From assembly GCA_963843085.1 (NCBI GenBank), contig CAWJJG010000010.1, positions 1 to 24,000 of the forward strand: 24,000 nucleotides of DNA. The letters run 5' to 3'. The notes beneath the pieces were generated by a model. The model saw nothing but the letters and a program-made list of their open reading frames with translations, did no database searches and had not been told where the DNA came from. The position numbers and the translations under genes were made by a program. The stretch comes from an uncultured Solirubrobacterales bacterium. GTDB lineage: Bacteria; Actinomycetota; Thermoleophilia; Solirubrobacterales; 70-9. Within the stretch, counting starts at the first letter, position 1; the number at the start of each line of letters is the position of its first letter. Shown in pieces: positions 1-5,778 of this stretch.

Positions 1-2
1 GG

Positions 3-212
3 ATGGCGCAGACGATGCGCCAGGAGGCGGACGCCTACCTGATCGTGGGCAAAGATCTGGTCCTGCCCCTGGTCTCGATGGGCCCCGCGGGCGAACGGCT
101 GCTCGCCAAGACGTGCATCCCGCGGGGAGGCATCTCCGAAAAGGCACGCCGGCGACGGAATGAGCGTCGCCGTCGTGCTCGCGCTTCGCGTCGAGCGCGA
201 CGTGGTCGATGA
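3..212 (+). CDS. hypothetical ORF at the window edge with an Arg-rich tail (uncertain)
   Basis: Frame-3 ORF with good GC3 for roughly the first 150 nt. The Arg-rich tail uses CGT/CGA codons that are atypical for this window, and it overlaps the next ORF by 53 nt. Confidence 0.3.
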   Translation: MAQTMRQEADAYLIVGKDLVLPLVSMGPAGERLLAKTCIPRGGISEKARRRRNERRRRARASRRARRGR

Positions 213-393
213 ACGGAGACCAGGCACTAGGTTTGACCGCATGATCGCGCTGTTCATCATCCTCGTGCTCCTGCTCATCCTCATCCCGATCATCGTTGCC
301 GCGTTCTTCATGATCGGAGTCGTCTGGATCGCCACCGCGCTCATCGTCGCTTTCCTCAAGTTCCTTACCTCGATCCGGGTGGAGCGGAGATGA
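160..393 (+). CDS. small integral membrane protein (77 aa from ATG 160, or about 50 aa from ATG 241)
   Basis: The C-terminal part MIALFIILVLLLILIPIIVAAFFMIGVVWIATALIVAFLKFL is almost purely hydrophobic, enough for two TM helices. GC3 is high from 160. The stop overlaps the next start as ATGA at 390-393. Confidence 0.55.
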   Translation: MSVAVVLALRVERDVVDERRPGTRFDRMIALFIILVLLLILIPIIVAAFFMIGVVWIATALIVAFLKFLTSIRVERR

Positions 394-770
394 GCGAGGC
401 GCTCTTACGCGTCTGGCTCGATGACGATCTGGTCGACCGGCGAGCGCCTGAGCGTTGGGTCCACGTCACCACGGCCTGGGAAGCGATGAGGCTGCTGAAC
501 GCCGGTCGGGTCGTCGAGCTCTCGCTGGACCATGATCTCTCCGATGACGAGCGCTTCGGGCGTGGGGTGGACGTGGTCGACTTCATCGCCGAGCAGCAGG
601 AGGTCCACGGCCGCGATCTCTGGCCGCGCGACGGGATCAGTCTCCACACGGGGAACCCGGTCGGCCGTGACGCGATGGCGCGGACGATCCGCAGATATGC
701 GGAGAAGGCGGGTCTCGCCGTCAGCGAGTCCTGGGAGGGCGGCCAGCCCAAGTTCACGTTCGACCGCTGA
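390..770 (+). CDS. divergent receiver (REC)-fold protein, cREC-like (cyclic-phosphate-processing receiver family; recalled from memory, not searched)
   Basis: 126 aa with high GC3. Motifs appear in receiver-fold order: VWLDDD (acidic pair after strand 1), ELSLDHDL (Asp after strand 3), LHTGNPVGRDAM (Thr/Asn-Pro-x-Gly after strand 4). No output domain. Confidence 0.6.
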   Translation: MSEALLRVWLDDDLVDRRAPERWVHVTTAWEAMRLLNAGRVVELSLDHDLSDDERFGRGVDVVDFIAEQQEVHGRDLWPRDGISLHTGNPVGRDAMARTIRRYAEKAGLAVSESWEGGQPKFTFDR

Positions 771-774
771 CCTC

Positions 775-802
775 TTGACAATTCCGCGCGACCCCGTAGG
801 GT
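775..802 (+). promoter_or_regulatory. candidate sigma-A type promoter TTGACA-16 nt-TAGGGT, nested in an inverted repeat CTCTTGA(772-778)/TCAAGAG(814-820)
   Basis: TTGACA at 775-780 and TAGGGT at 797-802, read directly. It starts 5 nt after the stop of the upstream gene. The inner stem GCGCGACCC/GGGTCGgCGC could instead act as a terminator. Confidence 0.35.
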
Positions 803-1084
803 CGGCGCGTCCATCAAGAGCGACCGAGGGGCCCGGCCCTGTGACGTCGCAGCAACCGACCGAGACCTCAGGGTCAGGGTGCGGTGCTACTGCCGGGACC
901 GATGGAGGTGAATCCGATTGTTCTTCCCAGGCAAGTACCGCACGATCGTCGTCGAGCCCGTTGAGGGGCCGATTCGAAAGAAGGAGGCGCCTTCCAGGCC
1001 GGTTCATGAGCCGTCGCGAAAGCGCCCAACGCAGCCGAAGAGGAGGCCGGCCAAGGTCTCGTCCGGCCGCATGCGGGCGGCCCG

Positions 1085-1660
1085 ATGAGGCCGCCTATGC
1101 CGCGCCACGAGGACTGCGTCGGCGCGACGACAATCGTCGCCGAGAAGCTGCACGGCTTGCGGGCCTGGCATATCGGCGTCGACCAGGAGGGAGCGATTCG
1201 CCTCTCCGGCCTCCACCTGAACGAACCATGGCCTCATGCGGGAAAGACCAACTGGGCCTGCTGCTCCCGCACGCATGTGCGCAAGCACAAGGCCCCGGCT
1301 GCCCAATGCAACTGCGGTCTGTACGCGCTTCATCCGTGGAGCGCCGAGGACAGGACTGAGCTTCAGCCCGAAGTCCATGGACGGCTATCGGTCGTCGGAG
1401 TCGTCGAGGCCTGGGGGCAGGTTCAACTCCACGAAGAGGGCTTCAGGGCGCAGTTCGCGCGACCCGCCGCACTCGCAGTGCTCGGCGCTTCACCGGATTC
1501 TGGCTATGGCCGGCTGGTGGCCGAGGTGGCTCGCGGTCACCGAGCCGAGCTGATGGAGGCGGCCGACATCCCGGCGCTCGCCCGGAACTGCGAGCTCCGA
1601 GGACTCGGGTTCAGCAAGAAGACAGTGCGCCGACTGCTGACCCGGGACCGGAAGGGCTAG
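1085..1660 (+). CDS. hypothetical protein with a Cys/His cluster (possible start ATG 1100)
   Basis: 191 aa. Cluster CCSRTHVRKHKAPAAQCNCGLYA (CC-x3-H-x3-H-x7-C-x-C), followed by GVVEAWGQVQLHEEGFRAQFARP. GAGG lies 6 nt before ATG 1100. GC3 is somewhat lower than in neighbouring genes. Confidence 0.65.
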   Translation: MRPPMPRHEDCVGATTIVAEKLHGLRAWHIGVDQEGAIRLSGLHLNEPWPHAGKTNWACCSRTHVRKHKAPAAQCNCGLYALHPWSAEDRTELQPEVHGRLSVVGVVEAWGQVQLHEEGFRAQFARPAALAVLGASPDSGYGRLVAEVARGHRAELMEAADIPALARNCELRGLGFSKKTVRRLLTRDRKG

Positions 1661-1687
1661 TCGTTCGTTGCGGTTCGGGTGCGCCAC

Positions 1688-1719
1688 CGAGGGCCATCGG
1701 AGTGGTGCCCAGGCCCTCG
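1688..1719. terminator. hairpin between convergent genes (8-bp stem CGAGGGCC/GGCCCTCG, 16-nt loop)
   Basis: Read directly from the sequence. It lies between the stop at 1660 (+) and the stop at 1734 (-). There is no clear U-tract. Confidence 0.35.
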
Positions 1720-1733
1720 ATGCGCTCCCCGGA

Positions 1734-1982
1734 TCAGACCTTGGCTTCGACCTTGTCGCCTGCCTCCTCGGCAGTTTCCTTAGCGTCCTCGGTGCGATCC
1801 CCGACCTTCGACCGGACATCGTCCAGCGCCTCACGGGCGCGGCTGATCGCGGAGTCGATCTTGCCCCGCAGCTCCTCCTGCGCCAGCTGACTCGCCTTCT
1901 TCAGCTCGTCGAGCGCTGCTTCGAGGTGCTCGGTTGCCGTCTTCTCGGCTCCGTCCGTCTTCTCGTGCTTGCGTCCCAGCAT
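1734..1982 (-). CDS. small hydrophilic helical protein (stress-protein-like, function unknown)
   Basis: 82 aa rich in charged residues (E/K/D/A), with no TM segment. GC3 is high. AAGGA lies 8 nt upstream of the ATG. Confidence 0.7.
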   Translation of the reverse strand: MLGRKHEKTDGAEKTATEHLEAALDELKKASQLAQEELRGKIDSAISRAREALDDVRSKVGDRTEDAKETAEEAGDKVEAKV

Positions 1983-2016
1983 CTGTGATTCCTTTCGTTG
2001 AAGGGGAAAGTCGCGG

Positions 2017-2403
2017 CTAGGCGAGTGCCTTGACCGCCGTGGCGGTGTCGCCGTAGAACTCCGCGTGCTCGATCTTGCCGTCGTCGACCTTGTAGAGCCA
2101 GATCGAGTGGCCGGTCAGGTCGTTCCCGCTCTTCGTCGTGCCCACGCCCTCGACCGTGACGACCACGTGGCCGCCATCGGCCTCGAGGAACTCCTTCGGC
2201 TCCGGCTTGACCTCCTCGAAGTTGGAGGCGAACTTGCCGATCATCTCCTTGAAGCCCTCCGGGCCGGTGTAGGTGCCGCCCCAGGGGAGGCTCTCGGGGA
2301 CGACGATCTCGGCCGAGTCGCTCGTGGTCGCCGTTGCGGCGTCCATGTCGCCCTTGGCGAAGGCGTCCCAACCACTCTTGACTGTGTCTGCATTTGCACC
2401 CAT
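2017..2403 (-). CDS. SnoaL-like / NTF2-fold protein
   Basis: About 128 aa from ATG 2403 (AAGGAGA Shine-Dalgarno upstream). Pattern GWDAFAKGDMDA ... WGGTYTGPEGF ... HVVVTVEG ... SIWLYKVDDGKI is typical of SnoaL/ketosteroid-isomerase-like cone folds. Confidence 0.8.
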   Translation of the reverse strand: MGANADTVKSGWDAFAKGDMDAATATTSDSAEIVVPESLPWGGTYTGPEGFKEMIGKFASNFEEVKPEPKEFLEADGGHVVVTVEGVGTTKSGNDLTGHSIWLYKVDDGKIEHAEFYGDTATAVKALA

Positions 2404-2624
2404 TCGGTGTCTCCTTGCGGATATAGGCGAATCCACCGAGCCGGTGAGGTAACGCCCTTAGAGAGTGAACACCGGCCCCGCAGTCAAATCAGTAGTCCCC
2501 ATCTCGCGCCTCGTGGCGCAGATCGCGCCGTCGGTGGCTTTCCGGTGGGGATTGAGCTTTCGGCCGCAGGGCCAGCCTCTATCGACAGTACTCCGATTGA
2601 GCGCCCGAAACGAGGCGGCCATAT

Positions 2625-3287
2625 TTACTTCGGCTGCTTAACAACCCGCATGTAAGGGAGCGGCGTCTCCCAGCCATCGGGGAAGAGCTCCTTCGCGTCG
2701 TCGTCCGAGACCGAGCCCGAGATGATCACGTCGTCGCCCTGCTGCCACTGGGCCGGGGTCGCGACCTTCTTGTTCGCCGTCAGCTGGAGCGAGTCGATCA
2801 CTCGCAGCACTTCGTCGAAGTTGCGGCCGGTGGTCATCGGATAGACCAGGATCAGCTTGATCTTCTTGTCCGGGCCGATCACGAAGACGTTGCGGAGCGT
2901 CTGGTTGTCGGCCGGGGTGCGGTCGGTCGGGTCGCCGGAGACGTCGCCCGGGAGCATCCCGTAGGCCTTGGCGATCTGGTGGTCCGAGTCGGAGATGATC
3001 GGGTAGTTCGGCGCCGTGCCCTGGGTCTCCTCGATCTCCTTGGACCACTTCTCGTGGTTGTCCATCGGGTCGGTCGAGAGGCCGGCGATCTTGACGCCGC
3101 GCTTGTCGAACTCCGGCTTGATCGAGGCCATGTAGCCGAGCTCGGTGGTGCAGACCGGGGTGAAGTCGCGGGGGTGGGAGAACAGGACGGCCCAGCCGTC
3201 GCCGATCCAGTCGTGGAAGTCCATTGGGCCCTCCGTGGTCTCCGCGTGGAAGTCGGGGGCCGTGTCGTTGATGGTGAGAAGAGCCAT
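2625..3287 (-). CDS. 1-Cys peroxiredoxin (Prx6 subfamily)
   Basis: APDF ... WAVLFSHPRDFTPVCTTELG peroxidatic-Cys motif. No resolving Cys later in the protein. C-terminal PYMRVVKQP. GGAGAGGAAAGAA precedes ATG 3287, so the upstream ATG 3302 sits inside the SD. Confidence 0.95.
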   Translation of the reverse strand: MALLTINDTAPDFHAETTEGPMDFHDWIGDGWAVLFSHPRDFTPVCTTELGYMASIKPEFDKRGVKIAGLSTDPMDNHEKWSKEIEETQGTAPNYPIISDSDHQIAKAYGMLPGDVSGDPTDRTPADNQTLRNVFVIGPDKKIKLILVYPMTTGRNFDEVLRVIDSLQLTANKKVATPAQWQQGDDVIISGSVSDDDAKELFPDGWETPLPYMRVVKQPK

Positions 3288-3320
3288 TTCTTTCCTCTCC
3301 AAGTCTTGTGTTGCGATGGC

Positions 3321-3343
3321 GGATCCGGGAATTACCCGAATCC
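3321..3343. promoter_or_regulatory. 23-bp imperfect palindrome GGATcCGGGaAtTaCCCGaATCC in the peroxiredoxin/TetR divergent intergenic region
   Basis: 9 of 11 arm positions pair. It lies 34 nt upstream of the prx start and about 80 nt upstream of the TetR start. Candidate operator. Confidence 0.4.
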
Positions 3344-3424
3344 CGATAAGGATTACATCTTAGCCGCTTGCGGCGAAAGCCCGCCTTCCTGCCCGTCGGC
3401 GCGAAATGCTACCTTGGGTAGGAA

Positions 3425-4078
3425 ATGGCGACTCGGGCACAGGAGAAGGCCGTTCCGCGCAAACGCGCGGCCCATCTCGGGCCCGAGCGGCGCCGGCCCG
3501 AGGTCCTCGACGCGGCGCTCAAGCTCTTCCTCGTGGGCGGCTATGACGGAACCTCGATGCAGGCCGTGGCCGACGAGGCCGGCGTCACAAAGCCCGTCGT
3601 CTACGCCTGCTTCGACTCAAAGGACGAACTCATGCGCGCGCTGCTCAGCCGCGAGGAGGAGCGGATCCTGGCCGAGATCCAGGCGGCCTTCAAGGACCCC
3701 GACCTCTCCGATCCCGAAACCACCCTGGCCGACGGCTACGTCGGCTTCCTGCGCGCCGTCGGCCACTCACCCGAGGTCTACCGTCTGATCTTCATGGGCG
3801 AGGGGGGCGGCAACGCCGCCGTCGCCGAGCGGATCAGGCGCGGGCGCCAGGCCCAGGTCGACACGCTCAGCGAGCTGGCGCGGACGTGGCTCGAGGAGCG
3901 CAATGGGCATGCCTCGAAGGCCGAGATCGATCGGAAGGCCCGGCTGCTCGGCCACTCGATCGCCGGCCTGGCCGAGGCCGGCGCGCGCCTGCTGCTCTCC
4001 GGCGAGGACGACTGGACGCCGGAGACGCTCGGCCCAGAGCTCGGCCGCTTCGCTGCTGCGGCTCAATCCGCGGTCTGA
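3425..4078 (+). CDS. TetR/AcrR family transcriptional regulator
   Basis: N-terminal HTH: ILDAALKLFLVGGYDGTSMQAVADEAGVTKPVVYACFDSKDELM. Length of 217 aa is typical for the family. Confidence 0.95.
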   Translation: MATRAQEKAVPRKRAAHLGPERRRPEVLDAALKLFLVGGYDGTSMQAVADEAGVTKPVVYACFDSKDELMRALLSREEERILAEIQAAFKDPDLSDPETTLADGYVGFLRAVGHSPEVYRLIFMGEGGGNAAVAERIRRGRQAQVDTLSELARTWLEERNGHASKAEIDRKARLLGHSIAGLAEAGARLLLSGEDDWTPETLGPELGRFAAAAQSAV

Positions 4079-4205
4079 TTTCTTGCTGGCACCGGGGCGG
4101 AACGCTGCGCGCCGCAACTCAGGTGTAAGTGCGTCCGACTCCAGAAGATGCGGTGCAGCACGGTGTTACACTGATTCGACGGTGCCCACGAAACGACCTC
4201 GCCAC

Positions 4206-4451
4206 ATGATCACCGAGACGCCTCCCGTGGAGGACGCGCTCGCCGAGCTGCGCGATGCGCTCGGCAATGAGCGCGTCGACTTCTCGGAGCTCGTCATCAT
4301 CGGAGCCCGGGCCAAGGCCCGCGAGCTGAGGGGGGACGGCGTCGCAGGCAGACGCGCCCGCAGTCGCCTCGCCGAGGAGGTCCGCTCGCGATCGATACCC
4401 ATCGATGTCGAGGCGGCCGACGAGGTGAAGCGCATCCGCCTCCCGCGCTGA
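4206..4451 (+). CDS. vapB: putative antitoxin of the adjacent PIN toxin (VapB-type by position)
   Basis: 81 aa ORF starting at ATG 4206. Its stop overlaps the PIN gene start (TGATG at 4449-4453). It has no recognisable canonical RHH/AbrB signature by eye. Confidence 0.65.
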   Translation: MITETPPVEDALAELRDALGNERVDFSELVIIGARAKARELRGDGVAGRRARSRLAEEVRSRSIPIDVEAADEVKRIRLPR

Positions 4452-4870
4452 TGCTGTTGCTCGACAACTCGGCCTGGGCGCGGCTCGGCGATCTGCGCCT
4501 CGATGCGGTGCGGCTGGAGGAGGTCGCCGAGTGGATCGAGGTCGCAGAGCTTGCTTCCTGTTTGCCCTTCATTCTCGAGGCCGGGTACTCCGCCCGCTCC
4601 GCCGCCGACCATGAGCGGGTAGTGGCGGATCTCTACATGCTGCCCTGGGTCGACGTCACTCCGGCGGTCTCGCGCCTCGCGATTCAGGCCCAGCGCGAGC
4701 TGGCGCGGGTGGGCCATCACCGTGTTCCGCCCGCCGATCTGATCATTGCCGCCTGTGCGCACTCCGAAGGTGCCGGCGTTCTGCACTACGACAGCGACTA
4801 CGACGTGATCGCGGAGCGAAGCGGCCTCGAGTTCCGCAGCGAGTGGCTCGCGCCGGCGGGCGCCCTCTGA
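4451..4870 (+). CDS. vapC: PIN-domain ribonuclease toxin VapC
   Basis: 139 aa with acidic residues in PIN order: LLLDNSAW, FILEAGYS, PPADLIIAA, LHYDSDYD. Confidence 0.9.
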   Translation: MLLLDNSAWARLGDLRLDAVRLEEVAEWIEVAELASCLPFILEAGYSARSAADHERVVADLYMLPWVDVTPAVSRLAIQAQRELARVGHHRVPPADLIIAACAHSEGAGVLHYDSDYDVIAERSGLEFRSEWLAPAGAL

Positions 4871-4891
4871 CTCGCCCTCGGCGGCCCTTCG

Positions 4892-5743
4892 TCAGCTCGC
4901 CACGGCGCAGAGCGCCACGCCGCTGAGCTCGTAACCGTCAGCGCTCGCGAAGGGCTCGAAGGCCTGCTCGACCTCCTCTGCCAGCGCAGCGCGCTCCTCG
5001 GTGGAGAGCCCGCGCACCGCAAGGCCGAATGGGCCGGCCGTGTCGGCCGTGAACTCGAGGTACTGGTCGACGTCCGGGATGCTGAACTGGACCTCGACCT
5101 CCGCGACGCGGACCTCGTCGAACCCGGCCGCTTCGAGCAGCTGCCTGATCCGCTCCTCGCTCCCCATCGCGAAGACCCCCGGCGCCGGCGGCGGCTCGGG
5201 CGGCGGCACGTGCCCCCCCGCGACCAGCTTCATCCCGACGACCGAGAAGAAGGGGTTGCGCTCGGGCGAGCCCCAGACGGCCAGCGCGAGGCGGCCGCCC
5301 GGCCGCAGGACGCGCCGGGTCTCCGTCAGGGCCGCGGCCGTGTCGACCATCAGCATGAACCCGTAGCGGCAGAGCGCCCCGTCGACCGAGTCGTCCTCGA
5401 GCTCGATGTTCTCGGCGTCCATCTGCCGATACTCCGCGTTCTCGATTCCGCGCTCGGCGCCGCGCCGCCGCGCCGCATCCACCATCCCCGCCGAGAAGTC
5501 GGTCGAGATCAGGCGACCGCCCTCGCCGATCCGCTCCGCGGCATCGAAGCCGGTGTCGCCGGCGCCGGCGGCCAGTTCGAGAATGGTCGCTCCCTCGCCC
5601 GGATCCAGCTCGCGCACCAGCCACTCGCGCACCGGGGCCGTGACCTCCTCGATCTGGGGCCGGCGCTTCTCCCAGGTCGGGGCGATCGCCTCGGCGACCT
5701 CGTGCATCGTGGTCCTCAGGTCCTCGCTCGTCTCGCTCGTCAT
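4892..5743 (-). CDS. class I SAM-dependent methyltransferase
   Basis: Starts at ATG 5743 (AAGGGAGA upstream), 283 aa. Motif I ILELAAGAGDTG and post-I acidic LISTDFS. RVLRPGGRLALAVW is typical of the Methyltransf_11/25 type. The 580-aa ORF in the track is an N-terminal over-extension. Confidence 0.9.
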   Translation of the reverse strand: MTSETSEDLRTTMHEVAEAIAPTWEKRRPQIEEVTAPVREWLVRELDPGEGATILELAAGAGDTGFDAAERIGEGGRLISTDFSAGMVDAARRRGAERGIENAEYRQMDAENIELEDDSVDGALCRYGFMLMVDTAAALTETRRVLRPGGRLALAVWGSPERNPFFSVVGMKLVAGGHVPPPEPPPAPGVFAMGSEERIRQLLEAAGFDEVRVAEVEVQFSIPDVDQYLEFTADTAGPFGLAVRGLSTEERAALAEEVEQAFEPFASADGYELSGVALCAVAS

Positions 5744-5778
5744 CTCGTCTCCCTTCAGGACGTCGTTTGCGAAGGACG

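Noticed and set aside
899-930. GGAGGTGAATCC segment reminiscent of the GGTG..AA..CC core of cobalamin riboswitches
   Set aside because: There is no B12 box (GCCACTG-like element), no GGGAA preceding element in the right register, and no GCAACTGTA-like segment. The resemblance is too short to call.
961-990. tRNA-like T-loop (GATTCGAAA) in the 771-1084 gap
   Set aside because: The flanking bases do not form a T-arm stem, and no acceptor or anticodon arms can be drawn.
2404-2624. 221-bp gap between the Prx and SnoaL-like genes: a 54-aa minus-strand ORF, and mutually exclusive GCGCC/GGCGC/GCGCC hairpins at 2506-2529
   Set aside because: The ORF has mediocre GC3 and no SD. 5-bp GC stems arise easily by chance in this composition, and there is no leader peptide or U-tract to support an attenuator.
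4079-4891. vapBC as part of a mobile element
   Set aside because: There is no integrase, transposase or flanking direct/inverted repeats visible in the window. Only the compact placement hints at insertion.
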